Source of the DNA: Paraphysomonas bandaiensis
Lineage: Eukaryota; Protista; Chrysophyceae
Reading direction: 5' to 3'
Assembly (NCBI GenBank): GCA_965644295.1
Contig: CBFFRP010000185.1
Span: 124,001 to 188,000 of the forward strand
DNA: 64,000 bases
The position numbers and the translations under genes are program-made. The notes under the pieces were generated by a model that ran no database searches, was not told the origin of the DNA, and was given only the letters and a program-made list of their open reading frames with translations. The first letter of the stretch is position 1; each line of letters opens with the position of its first letter. Positions 47,801 to 60,817 of this stretch are shown one piece after another.

Positions 47801-50800
47801 CTAGTTCACAGTTAGAAGCCAATCCTTGTGAGAGGGAGATAAATGGTGATCAGGACTTTCCCTCTGTGGCCCCTCCAAAGGTATCGGGAGAACCAGATCT
47901 GTCGTTTAGTCTATCCTCTAATACCAAAGAAGTTGGGGGTGGCTCTAGGAGTACTGTTGTTGCCACTTCTATGACCGGAACGTTGACGCTATCTGCTGAT
48001 AGTCTAATTGGGGGACTATTTAGTCGCCTACTTGACCGGGAAAGCAGAACAGGCAGTGCGACCAATAGCTTGGACAGTATTGATGCATTGCGATCAGGAA
48101 TCTCCGGTAATCCATCAGCAATGAACGGTGCTGTTGCCACACCACCTCTTTGCAGATCTGTTAGCGAGACTTCGGTTGAACAATTGCCAAGCTCAAGTGA
48201 TGTTAGAGGAGGCACCGTTGCAGTTGGACAGGGACATATTCTGGATATGAACGTCGAAGATAGCTTTAGCCGTATCGTGGAAGAATTGGGAGGAGCTGTT
48301 GCTGGTGCCATGGGGTGTTTTGTATGCTATAACTTCCCGGGTCTCGCTGACTCCGTGGTAGATTCATGGGTGTGTTACTAACTTATTGTAATGTTTCAAC
48401 TGACAATGACGTTGTTGCAGAATTCCGTCCGCAATGTACGCGGTGGCAAGTATGACGGCCAGATGTGTCTGTGGTGGGACGGGGACTGTTCGGTGTTAAA
48501 CAGTCGCAACAGACACGAATTTGATGTTCCACCCGGTCGGTCCGCACTGGAGGTGCTCGGTCTGACAGACGGGGCGGGCCTAGATATTTTCCTTGTGCCA
48601 AGTGATTCGGAGGGGAATATGCCTGTCACACCTGTATGCGTGGGGCAAACAAGCCTGCCAGCTGAAGCCCTCAGCACTCTTCTAAATCGTGCTGGGTGCT
48701 CTCAGGGAATCTCACTGCCTCTCCGTGATCCGAGAGGGCAGCTTCTTCAATCAGAGCTTAAGCTGTTACTCTCCCACCGTATCGTGCCAGTGAACGCACG
48801 TCGTAGCAGCGCCGAGCCTGTATCTATTCAACCCATATCTGCGTCGGATATGTCCCCCACTCATCCCGTTGACAACTTAATGGTGGAATCGGCACCTGTC
48901 GGTTCTGATGAAAGGAATAGTGATGATGTTGTTGATAAATTGGATCGACCTGGTCTCTCTGTGCGGGTTGATCGTGCTGTACACCTCTCCGATGAGCTGC
49001 TGTCCCGAGGAGTGGAAAACGTGTTCGTGAGATGCTCACTGAGATATCCTTCCGATGATGTGGTAAGTCGCTACATTAAGTGAATCATTCCCTCAACTGT
49101 GTTGAAGGTATTTACAAGTGCTTTCGAAGATACATCCAAGTCGTTTTCAACCAAAGTACGAGGGTTTGGTGATAGTGTGGTGTGGGACGAGGAACACGTA
49201 GTTCACCTACCAGACAGAGCGATTGATTCTGTTGGTCAGCCGATGAGGGTGTTCCGGCGAGTGTGTCTTGTAGCGTCTTTACACTCCCGTCAGGAGTGGA
49301 GATTTCGCCAGGAACGGGCTTCTTATATTGCAGACGGTCCGCAGGTTGGAGATGTTAGCATCGGGTCTGCGGTAGTGGACCTCGCGTTACTGGCCTCTGG
49401 ATGCGCGAATGTGGAGGGATGGTACCATGTCCTTGATGACAACCAACGGTCTGTTGGACAGATAAAATTGTCTGTTGCGCCGAACCTCTTTTCGACGTCG
49501 CCATCTATAGCGCCCAGTATTGAAGATACCGAAGTACCCTATGTTGGGAATGATCATCACTTAGAGGAGGATTCGTTTGTGTCAGGTGCTGGAGGGACGC
49601 TCAGTGAAATGGTGGCCTCTATCATGCGGGAGCTCGAGGCTTCCTCAAGTGCAGTTTCCTCATTACACAAATATGAGCCACTGGGTGGCATGAATGAGAG
49701 TGGCGAGAGTTTTGAAGAAAACTCGATGACATCAGGTGGGAGTGCTAGGTCTGACTCTTTCATGAATGACGTGGTGGAATCACCCCCTGGTGAGATACTG
49801 GACGGCTCTATGTCTGTTCTAATGAAGGAAATGTACTCACCCTTTGGAGGGTGTGATATTTCAGACGAAGATGATAATGACGGCAATGTCGGAGAAGACA
49901 ATGAACAATATGAGTCAGGGGTGTTTGAACAGGGGACTGAAGATTCTAAGTTATTTGAGAGAAAGAGTAATATTGTATGCGACTTGGGGGAGCCTAACTC
50001 ACCACTGAAGGTCTCGTTGGATTCTAAGTACGAAATTAACAGTGTCAGTGGGTATGAAAGTGGTGCAAGGAGTAGAGTTTCTAGTTTGGACGGTGATGCA
50101 GATGCTGCCAGTGAGTTAGAGAGCGCAGGCTTGCTAGATGATAAGAGTGATGTAGTGTTCTGCAGTGATGTGGGTTCGGACGACAACTCAATCAACTCTG
50201 GAAGTTTAAACTCATGCTCTAAGCTAGAGGTATTAAATGATGCTTACGATATCACGGAAACTGGAGAGAAAAGACTTGATGAAGAAGTAAGGGAGAGTGA
50301 TGGTGATGAAGATTCTTACAATTTGGAAAAACATCGAACAGAGGATATCTCTCACTCTATCGATATCTCTGGTGAAGACAACGGACAGCGTAAAGAATGT
50401 TTACTGAGTGCTTCTGCAACGGAACTACTGCCTGAAGTATCAGCGTTGAGTACTTCCATATCCGATCCATGTCTATTTGACTCTGTATGTGATATGCAAC
50501 CTGCGGATTCTGTGCTGAGTACATCTGAAATTAATTCTCTGCCAGAGAATTTCGTTTTGGATTCATCTGCTTTACCTGAGGATTCTATTTTGAGTGCATC
50601 AGTTGCCGACCAGCACCCAGATGTGGCTGTATTAAGTAATTCAATGTCTGATTTTGTTGATGTGGAGCATAACTTGGAATATGGAAACTCAAATTCTCCT
50701 TCTGGCGGCAAAGGACAATTACAGCTTGACGCAATATCTGTTGAAGATTCGGCATCTCTTCATTTAACGACAGATGTTGCGCCGGAATCTACCATGATCG

Positions 50801-51288
50801 AAACGAACGTGCAGGAGTTCGAAGGCAAAAGTGATAGTAGGTTGTCACTTTGTGATGTTGGTGTGCAGATAGTTCCGGAAGAAAGCCCTGGAAGTCCCCA
50901 TGTTTCTGAGAGAGAAAAACCTAGCGGTACTGAACCAAGCGGTAACAATATAAGGGAAGCATGTTCCACGCCTCCCCTCAGAATATTTGAGCCTTCCGCT
51001 TTGAATATACACTCCTGCTCTTCAGAAATAGAAGAACGGAAGGGTCCCGAGCATTCGCTTCCTGTGAAGGATCCTTTATGTACACTAAGATGCGATGCCC
51101 ATGGTATATCTGAGCTAGTGAAGAGTGTCATGATGACGAATGCGAGAAGCGCTCCGTGGGCTGAAAACCCTGGAAGGAGAAAAAAATTTGTCGATGCGGA
51201 AACGGAGAGAATATCGAGAGTGATGTTAGGTTCCGTGAGAGTATACAGCAGACTAGATAACTTGGCACCTGAAAATAAGTCGCTCTGA
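44840..51288 (+). CDS. C2CD3-like centriolar multi-C2-domain protein (5 exons)
   Basis: N-terminal IPPLISG...WWGQ...FPIR....LEGYLSDM, further C2 remnants (VWDEEH, VEGWYHV) and C-terminal DAETERISRVM match C2CD3 hallmarks. Introns 45368-45414, 47169-47219, 48370-48420 and 49063-49107 join the five ORFs in frame. Confidence 0.78.
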
Positions 51289-52232
51289 TAAATGTATAGT
51301 TGAAGCTTTGTAATTATCTTGATTTCGTTTTGTTGTTTGTTTTCTTCGTAATATGATTTAATCATTGAATACTGTAGTAGTACAGGAAAACTTCATGGCA
51401 GCAGTGTGGAATACGTTTTGTTATGATCATTGAGTTTAGAAAGAAAATCGTATACTAGCTTCAAAGTACGACGACATGAAAGCGAAACGAGTGAACAAAG
51501 TACTAACATGTTGCTGTTGTGATGCCGTTTCGGAATATGCAGTTTACAACATCTATCATAGTAAGTGGTATATTCAATAATAAATATGAAATATACTAGA
51601 AATAACTAAAATATAACAGTGGCTGTATAAGATCGTTACTATTTAAAGCGCGAATCTTTGGTTGGAAGAATGAAGTTAACAGTGTAGCAAGATACAATAA
51701 TGATACGCAATACGCAAGGTATATAATCGCGTATATATATAACTGATCGCGTATTCTTTATACGGAACTTAGTCATCATACATCATACATCTTACTTAAA
51801 AGGTTCACAATAATGTCAATCTCTTATAAATTTAATTATACATGAAACTGTTCATGACATGATAGATGAGTAATGAGTGGTGTGTAGTGTAGCTGCATCG
51901 TATTCTATGTTTCCACCTCATTATTATATTAACGCTATGCATTGATAACGTTCGGCATTGCTAAGTGATAATTACTTGGTGTTTCGCATTCTTCTTTGAT
52001 GTGAAGTATAAGTAGGATGCAATGCAGGATGTATCTGAGACACTTATTGCAATGGGAATTTATACTAACCCTAACCCTATCCCTTAAAGAACGGGTGTAA
52101 CATAATAACACTCAACCCTAACCCTAATAATTGTTATATTATAAAAGAATACAACAACAAATTTTAATCGCATTTCAGTATACCTTGTACAGTCCCAATA
52201 ATATATCATCGTATATAATAACTACTACGACT

Positions 52233-52710
52233 CTCTCAACAATGTAGGACTCGCACCTTCTGGGGGATAAATACCGGAGAAACTAACGTGAGCCGAATAT
52301 ATAGTCAGTACATATTGTTCTGCCCGCTCATAGCCTAATACTTGTGTGGTGCAAGGGGGGCACTAACAAGTTTTGCGTGTTGACGAATAAACAGGCATCC
52401 GGGACTGGGCCCACCTCAAGAGTACCAAGAGGGTATTGGGCTGCCTGTTGAAGTCAGTCATCCAGGATGAGTTCATCTTAAGGAATCAACAATCCTGAAG
52501 TCAGCAGCTGTCAGGTATATCTACATTCTGCTTGTTCACTGCGTTTGGTTTGAGTGATAGAGCGAAAGTGGTTGTACCTCTTGGTGCTTGCGGTGACGCA
52601 CAAGCAGCTTTCGTAGCGTTAAATAGAGTAAGATATATATCAGAGTTAAGCACTAAATTTGTCCTGACTTTCAAATGCCTATATATTGCTAATAATAAGA
52701 TATTCACTAC
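52233..52710 (+). mobile_element. Short non-autonomous retroposon, full-length diverged copy
   Basis: Colinear with 60336-60817 from CTCTCAACAA to ATTCACTAC. No clear TSD. Confidence 0.85.
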
Positions 52711-53065
52711 TATCTCACAATGAATTCAGTTGTGTGCTTTGCATTCACCATTAACAATAACAATTCTAGTGCATGTTAAATACCCATCATCGAAACATAC
52801 ATGTAGTCAAGATATTATACAATTTATATTAATTTATACTTTTTAATCTATGTATAAGTTGTTACAAAAGTCTTAACAGCTACTATACACAACATCACAA
52901 CAGACTTCTATTCTACTAAACATACTGAACTTCATACATTCATTACTCTTTTACTTAGATACTTCAAAGCGAAAAGAAAATTGTAGATTTTATTTCATAC
53001 TACTGTTAGTTTAATGATTAATAATATCACTAAAAATGCTTGTTAAACACTTATACTATCTATCC

Positions 53066-54100
53066 CAGGGCCTGGTAACCATTAATGGCCCAGTAATGGT
53101 AGTCCAGTTCCCGGCAATTATAATGGCCCATTAATGGCCATTAATACCTACTAACTTAAAGAAGCAGATAATACCGCTCATATAATATATTGTGTGGTGC
53201 TCCCTTAATTACTAATTTTTAATTAAAAATAACAGACTACTTCTCGCTCTCTACTGGGGCACATCAGGATCTTCTTGCAGGGCTTCATGGAGGGTATAAG
53301 CATCCCACAACACGGCTCGTAAGAATAGCAACGATTCTAGACGATATAGATTCATGTGTCTACGCTCAGATGTCATAATCAACTTTGCACGACTAAAGAT
53401 CCTCTCAACAACATTAGAATGTGCTTCAATATGAAGCAAGCAGCGGTAGTGGACTAAGAGGTACTATAAGTCGCTGTCTAGAACAAGCTGTGCAAAATCA
53501 GTTCTTTCACTCTCGTCCTCGTTATTTCTGTCGGTTGCACCAACATCAATGGATGAATCTAGTTGCAGTTGATGTATAACTGCTCTTCTCTCATTGCCTG
53601 TCAACTCTCTTTTATAGTTCCCTTGAATTTTTTAGCCATTGCCTTCTCAAAAATTGCACTGGCAACAATGCTTGCATTCAGGGAAAGGTATGGATATATA
53701 TATATTGACAGCTTATTATTTAGCAGTAGGCGCTAAAAATCTGCACCAATGTAGTGGCTAGTTAGTTGAATGCTATAAGCAGACTATTTAGACCTCTATC
53801 CATAGCTAATCAGCACAAACGCTATTATCCTACTATTTAACGCTACAGAAGCTGCTTGTGCGTCGCCGCAAGCACCAAGGTGCGACCACTTCCGTTCTTA
53901 ATGTTGATTGTGAGTTTCGCCATGATCGTGGCAACAATGCTTGCATTCAGGGAAAGGTATGGATGCAGCTCTGGAAATTCTTGTAGCAGTATATCAAATA
54001 ACTGGCGGGCTTGGTACAAATTGGTTCCAACTCTTTGTAAGGCAAGCGTAACACTCTGTAATTTTTCAAGCTGTGTCAAACATTGTTTCAGCTGGAGTAA
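53066..54100 (-). mobile_element. Degenerate hAT transposon (family 2), 3' part with transposase remnant
   Basis: TIR CAGGGCCTGGTAA at 53066. hAT dimerisation motif SNVVERIFSRAKLIMTSERRHM..LESLLFLR, plus LQSVTLALQ...ARQLFD. Confidence 0.85.
53696..53928 (-). mobile_element. LINE A-type 3' UTR fragment inserted in the hAT remnant
   Basis: 36-bp TSD TGGCAACAATGCTTGCATTCAGGGAAAGGTATGGAT at 53660-53695 and 53929-53964. Similar to 4660-4880. (AT)n tail. Confidence 0.9.
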
Positions 54101-54729
54101 GAATCTGTAGAAAAAGGAGATGCTTTCTTATAAAAGACAATCTGGAGTAAGGAGATATATTCTATCCTTACTATCTATTATCCTATATATATTATATATA
54201 TACAATTCAGCAATGCTCAGCGTATTCAAAAGAATGAAATAAATTACCTTATAAATAAAAAAGAAAAAAAGAAGGGTTAGGGTTCTAAGATATTACTACT
54301 TACGTCGTCTTCTTCTTATCCTTTTCTCAATAAACAACCCACTTTTGTTACATATAGTCACAATATTTCAATTCAGCTATCAACTTCTTCGTGGCATTTT
54401 CAATCTCATGTGTAACTGTATTCTTCACATCACCAACGGATATAATTCAAGACCTTAAAACCAGATCATTGCATTGCTTATCTTTGGCAAACTACCATAT
54501 AAAGATACTGCATCAAAATATGTAGTGTATGTACGTCTTTTTATGATATTTCATTTCAATAAAATTTGAAAGCAACATACAACGGACAACTACTAGAGTG
54601 TCTTGAAAACTTGAATAAGTCTTAAGTTATTAATTCAACAATGCCCAAAAACTAGTTGACACAGCTGCGCATTGCAGTATTTCTCAATACAACTCTCATT
54701 ACATGATACCAATAAACTTAACACAGTCC

Positions 54730-56444
54730 TTACAGCTCCCCACCTTCGTATAGAGCTTTCCGGGTTCCCACGCTATCGTGGTTGAATGGACGAGATACGC
54801 TTTCGTCCATTTCTGAAGGCAAAACTTCCGAGTGCACGGAGTGATCCGGGAGGCGGCTATATCCCTGCATACTGTGCGACAGAATCCCCACAAATGCGAC
54901 GAACCCAACCACAAGAGCCCCAAAGAAAAGCGAGATAGTAGTGTAATTAAACTTAGAAGCGTGGTGAGCAGCAACGCTCCAGTAGTTATCGTAACTTGGG
55001 AGGTTACTCTCTTGCATAGCCTCAACGCCCTCGTATACAATTGACTCAAGTTCAAGAGATACGAGTTCAGCAGCACGAACTTGGCTGAGAGTAGACGCAC
55101 CAGCCAAACGCGCGGCACCGTTCAAGGCACTCACGAAATTCGGAGATGACAGACGTGACGAAAGCTTGTTCTCCAGGCTGGAAACCAGGTTCTCTACTTT
55201 TCTGAAATCTCTGCCGTCTACACCGTATGTGGTCTCAGACACGAATGATACTTCGAATTCAACATCAAAGGTGAACTCCGAAAGGCGCCTGTTGGAAGTG
55301 TCAAGCTCACGGGTATCCAATGCAGTCGAAACAACAGCAAGGTCCTCGGCATTCCAACCGTTAACATAATCAGCCAGAACTCGTGACACAATAGCAGTGT
55401 CAGCAGAGTTAAATATCTCGGAGTTAAATCCAGCAAGAGCAATAATTCCACTAAGAGTGACGGTCGAAGTTACAGTTCCAAAGCAATCCGTTTCTAGAGA
55501 TACCAAACTGTCCGGGATGCACTTACCCTTCTTTACATGGAACGTAAGCTCGTGGGCGTATCCGCCAGTGATGCCACAAAAGTCCCACGCAGTGAAGTCG
55601 TCAGCGTCGCCGCTGAAACGCATAGTATACGACCCATCACCGAGGCACAGGTTACAAAATCCACTTCCACCATCACAAAGAGTGCCAGTATAAAACAACT
55701 CCGTTCTAGTGTCATCGGCAAGGTACCAGCTAGCCCCGTGATAGTCATTTTTCCACCATCCATCACCTTGTTCATCCCACATTGTAACTCTTACATTGAC
55801 AGCAGGAGGGCCATAGCGCGGTTTCGATTTGGCTGTAGTGGTAGAGTTCGAGGAAGTAGTAGTGTCGCCCTTGATAGGAGCCTTCTTCTTCGGCTTCTTC
55901 TTAGACTTCTTCTTTGGTTTGGGCTTGCATGCCTTGGCATCTCCGCAAGCGTCACACTCCTTTTCATTGGGCCACAGGTTCTCCCAGTAGACGAGAGACC
56001 ATTCATCCCCGTCAGCATCATAATTCCAAATCATTGTTGTGTTGTAGCCTCCAGTGTAGTACACACCAGTCGTATTACAGCCTACAACAGACACCCTCCA
56101 ATAGTCCTGAATAAAATTATATCAGTAAGGACACAAATCAAATACACATGGCGGGTACACACCTCCCAATAGTTCTTGGGTGTGTAGGACTCATTCTCGT
56201 GGATGAGGATCATGGGGTAGTTACCACTCTGGTCAGTGCAGAGTTTCTCGACAGTAGGGTTTTTATCGCAGGTGGGAGCACCCGAGAAAACATCATCCCA
56301 GGGTGTTTCGACGTATACTTCAGCGCCGTCCCATCCATCCCCATAGAAATCAAGCATATATATCTCCAAACATGTTCTATTCGTATCACAATTTGCACTC
56401 ACGCTGACAGCGTAAGCCAGCAACAGAGTAATTGCCCGAATCAT
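54730..56444 (-). CDS. Type I membrane / surface protein with two Cys-rich DxxGDGW domains
   Basis: Signal peptide MIRAITLLLAYAVSVSA, DFYGDGWDG and DEQGDGW motifs, a Lys/Pro linker, and a C-terminal TM helix. Intron 56107-56162. Confidence 0.82.
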
Positions 56445-56956
56445 AGCTGGGCCTAGAAAATAAACTCTATGCTACAGCAGATTATTATTAATATACCACA
56501 CGTAGCGATTATATTTAACCGGGGCTCAATCTATGGCTCGAACACAGCTGCACTCTCATCACATGCAAAAATTACATCCCGGGGGTCTCTGCAGGGTGGA
56601 GGCGGATCCTCGTACTGCTGCACCAATCGCCTGTATGATATGATACAGTGCAGTAGTACAAGAAGAGGTATGATATACGCCGATATACTGTACATATACA
56701 CGACTGTATACTCTGCGTACTCTGTTTCCCTTTCGGAACTGGTATACCGTATACGGAAGTGACATCACTGTAGACTGTACGTAGTACAGTGTACACAATA
56801 TCCCATATAACAGCACATGTCTACCATGCAGGTATACAGTGTATATGGTATACCGGTATACAGTACCGTATCAGTGCAGTGAGGAAGGCATGGCTGATGA
56901 TGGTACCATAACAATGTCTCCCATGCGTCTCATATAACGACAGAGTAGTACCTTAC

Positions 56957-59062
56957 ATGCGCTTCGTTCTTGTGGTATTAGTTTTATTCCGGGCGTGCTT
57001 TAGCGTGCAGAGTATTCCTGGAATAGGGTTTCAGGTGCACTCTATCAATGACCTCAATGAGTGGAATCAACTGCTGCTCAAAGGATCAGTCCATTTCAAA
57101 ATTGATCCGCATTACACGACAAGTGATGATTGTTCTTTGAGTGGTATAGAGTCTCGCGAGGGTTGTTTGCTTCTCTCTCATGACTATCCAGAAACAGATA
57201 AGGCTGAGTATGATTCCTCTGACGATCTTGTCAAGTATCTCTATTCTGATGAATTTTCGCGTCATCGCAATGGTAGAAATATCTCGATTGCCCTCTGTTT
57301 CAAGAGTGCCCCTGAAAAATGCCAAGAAAATTCCACCCTTTTTAACGATTGGTTATATTTGGTTGACAATCTCCACTCGCAGCTAACTCAGAAGGGCGGA
57401 CCAGAAGGTGTTGAGATAGTGTTAGATGGTGATGGAAAACCTATTGACTGTTTAGTTGGTCGATGGAAACCTTGGAATTCTGTTTGGATTGAAGGGAAGA
57501 GTCCAAGAGAAGCATTGTATTCGAATGCCTTGGAAGTAAGTTAATCGCAGTATTGTGTGGATACATGCTAACAAAAAATATGTTTCCAGAACGACTATTA
57601 TAGGTTCCAGATTCTTAATGATCCAGAAGGTTATTTGGACTGGAAAGCAATGTCTGTTATTAATTACGGAAAGTTTTCAGAGTCGCAGTATGCGTACCAA
57701 CTGTGGGAGGTATTTATCCTTAAATTTGTTTCACTTTTACTCAGCTGCTACTCACAGCCAGATGGACAGCGTGATATTCTGAACTACATCTCAATATATG
57801 AAAAGGGCCAACCGCATATCCCCGGTTTCGATTTTGCGATCAACATCGACGTCGGTATGTTTGGGGTGTATTCGAGTTCTCCTCAGGGATCCTTAAGTTG
57901 CAAAGTCCCTGAGTCCGATGGATTTATGCGCCCGTTACTCCAATTCTTGCGCCCACCACCATCTCGATTTTCTTTCCTTCAGGTTGTAGAGCGGGAGTGC
58001 ACAGATGAAAAGGTTGTGATGTATGGATATCTGTCAAACCCACAGCGTATGGGGAGTGGAGGAGAAATTCCACCACTGTCTACTCTCCCCGGTGGAGACA
58101 CTCTAGTGAAGTCAGGGGCAGGTGTTGTTGCACTGTCTTTGTTGCATCAAAACCTAGTCGTTGTATCCTCAAATGGAATGATGAACTCCTATTCGATTTT
58201 AGCTGAAAGGGAGGATGCCCCGCTGATGCTCAAGACGCAAGGGAGCTTGTTGGGATTGGATGGTGTGCTTGACGGTGTGCTCGTCCATGATGATCGCTGC
58301 CTGGGGCAGTGCCTAGTGTCGCTCTCCTTCACAGAGGATTCTGGACTGTTACTGTCTCTCTCTGACCTATTAAATGACACTGTGAGATCTGGCTACCCTC
58401 TTTTGACCTCTGTGGGTCTCTCTCTCCCGTCCATAGAAGGAGTTGCAGCTGGCAGGGTTAGAATACATAGCGAAGGTGTCCTTGTGTTCTGCTCCGCAGG
58501 GGATACAATGTATCTTGCTTCGCTTCCAAAAGAAGTATTGCTTGCTGAGTTGAAAAATGCGTTTCCGATACAGTGGGTGGTCGTCGGGACTGGCAGACAT
58601 ATTGATGTTACTATCAGTGGGCAAGATCAGAGTGATGTGCTGATGGTAGTATCTGATTTTGGTTACTGCTACAACAGCCACAAGCACAACACCAGAAGCA
58701 GCCCAACAGTGTGCTCCTCACCCGCGTCCCCCACAGCATCGGTGCTTGACTATAGCCTAGGACTCATTAAAGACTGGCTCCATGTAGCAAATGGAAAATC
58801 ACAGAAGATCACCTCTTGCCATCAAAGGATAATGCACGGAAGCTATGACCAGGGCTCTAGGCCTGCTGTTGCACTTTCTTCGAGTGCTGGAACTAATGCA
58901 ATTGAGAACAATCATCTTTATTTTTTAGTGGCTCATGAAGCTCTACCTGCGAATTCCAGCACTAGAAATAACTGTGGAAATCCGATGCACAGAGATGGAA
59001 TAGTCCTAGATTCTTTCCCTGTAAATGACTGGATTCAGCGTCTCAGAGCATTTGATGAGTAA
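56957..59062 (+). CDS. Secreted protein with a possible PLC/GDPD-like phosphodiesterase N-terminal domain
   Basis: Signal peptide and VHSINDL...LLKGSVHFKIDPHY...LLSHD. Intron 57536-57589 and a probable in-frame intron 57710-57757. The functional call is tentative. Confidence 0.65.
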
Positions 59063-59386
59063 ATATTTTGCTCGTGTTTATATATAAAGTAATTGCATTT
59101 ATCTAAGGTACTTGCCAGATATGGTTTATGGTACCTGTATATGTGTTGTCTAGTAGATATGGTGTGAATGTTTGTGTGCGTGCCTGTGGTTGATTCGAAT
59201 GTTGCGATGGAAGAGTTCTAATGTTATTGCATAGAGTGTTGAGTTGTTCTGACAGTATAAATTAAAAAATATGAAAGTTCTCAAATAATTTTAGCTCAAA
59301 CATATAATATTCATGGAAATGTCACCTATGTTCACTCGTCAGTCTCACGTTAATACTCTGTATACAAATAGTAATGTATATGTTAC

Positions 59387-59892
59387 CAGGGCTGCGTATC
59401 AATTAATTGTCAATTAATTGACGCAGGTTGTAGTCAATTATAATTGCAATTATTACTTGCTGTCTCAATTTCAACTATTGCAATTAACTGCAATTAATTG
59501 CAATTAATTGCAATTATTTAGTACTAAAATAAACTAGCTGCGAATATAGCTACCTCAACTGTCATTTCATTCCAGAGGCAACGATTCATGCGTAAAAACA
59601 TAATAAGCACTAAATGTTGAGGAGTCAAGCTCTTGAGCAAGCCCATCATAACAATCGTAGCCTCTACTGAACAACCTCTCAACCTTATTGGTTGTGCTAT
59701 GCAAGTGTTTCATCCGTAACGAGTTTGCTGGTTAAGTCTTGCTCGCTTCCGCTGCCTGCTACCATCAAACAAACGTTGCGCTGCGTCGTCATTCGGAGCT
59801 AGACTCGCACCGTCATAATCTTCTTCTTCCTCATTGAACAAATATATTTTAGTTTGATCCTTTGAAAATCAATTAATTGATACGCAGCCCTG
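59387..59892 (-). mobile_element. Non-autonomous hAT deletion derivative (family 1)
   Basis: TIR CAGGGCTGCGTATCAATTAATTG, perfect 8-bp TSD TATGTTAC (59379-59386 and 59893-59900), and an internal remnant of the hAT dimerisation domain. Inverted homologue of 62720-63190. Confidence 0.95.
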
Positions 59893-60079
59893 TATGTTAC
59901 TAAGTGTGAATAGTGTTATATATAACATCTGTTTATCATGTAATGTACACTAAGTGTGTTACTAAGTGTGAATAGAAGTAAGTGTTACTAAGTTTTGACT
60001 TCTGTAGACTTACATCAGTTACTGGATCTACTTCCTCCGTCACTTTGTTTACCATTTTTACATTATTCATGAGGTGATT

Positions 60080-60204
60080 CAGGGCCTGGTAATCGTTAAT
60101 GGTGATGGCATTAGTGGCTATTAATACGCCATTAATGGTAATGCCATTATAATTGCCGGGAACTTAAAAATTATAAATGGGCCATTAACGGTTACCAGGC
60201 TCTG
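60080..60204. mobile_element. 125-bp hAT MITE (family 2)
   Basis: TIRs CAGGGCCTGGTAA / TTACCAGGCTCTG and 8-bp TSD AGGTGATT (60072-60079 and 60205-60212). Same end as 53066. Confidence 0.93.
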
Positions 60205-60335
60205 AGGTGATTGCACCTATCACACAACAAACACCAAAACTCCCAATCATTACAATTCTAAATTAGTTACGACGAGCTCTCTTAACCTTGGGTACTTCCC
60301 AAATCAACTGTAGGCCTTAGTTTTACTCCAAGACT

Positions 60336-60421
60336 CCCTCAACAAAGTCGGACTTGCACTTTTCATTCTGTTCTGGGGAATAAATACCGGAGATATTTCT
60401 CCGCGAAACTAAAGTGAGCCG
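60336..60421 (+). ncRNA. Candidate HDV-like self-cleaving ribozyme at the retroposon 5' end
   Basis: Nested pairings CCCTCA/TGGGG(G), CGGACT(C/T)GC/GTGAGCCG, the hairpin CGGAGA-TATT-TCTCCG flanked by A(A/G)TA and GAAA, and a CTAA linker. Present in four copies. Confidence 0.55.
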
Positions 60422-60817
60422 CATATATAGTCAGCAGATATTGTTCAGCTCGCTCATAGCCAAATGCTTGTGTGGTGTAAGGGACACTAAAATGTAACTA
60501 TCACTTGTGTAGACTTCTTTGCGTCTTGATGAATAAACAGGCATTCAAGGTATTGGGCTGCCTACTAAAGCCAAGCATCCGGGATGTTCACCTCAAGGAC
60601 TCAAAAATCCTGAAGTCAGCAGATATCAGGTATATCAACATTCTGCTTAGTGATAGAGCAAAAGTGTTAGCACCTTGGTGCTTGCGGTGACGCACAAGCA
60701 GCTTTCGTAGCGCAAAATAGTAGGAGATATCAGAGTTAAGCACTAGTTCTTTAAATTGTTTTGCTACTTTAGTTCTGACTCTTAAACGCCTATTGCTAAT
60801 AATCAGGCATTCACTAC
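60336..60817 (+). mobile_element. Short non-autonomous retroposon, full-length copy (482 bp)
   Basis: 12-bp TSD TACTCCAAGACT at 60324-60335 and 60818-60829. Starts CCCTCAACAAAGTCGG and ends AATAATCAGGCATTCACTAC. The 3' hairpin is shared with LINE A. Confidence 0.93.

Noticed and set aside
52233-52710. tRNA- or 5S-derived SINE head, or a hammerhead ribozyme (retrozyme)
   Set aside because: No A/B boxes or cloverleaf, and no CUGANGA core paired with the GAAA.
52066-54284. Telomere-like TAACCC repeats (about 52066-52107) and GGGTTA repeats (about 54273-54284) in outward-facing orientation
   Set aside because: Only 2-3 units each, with no TSD or shared flanks; insufficient to call an interstitial telomere or an element.
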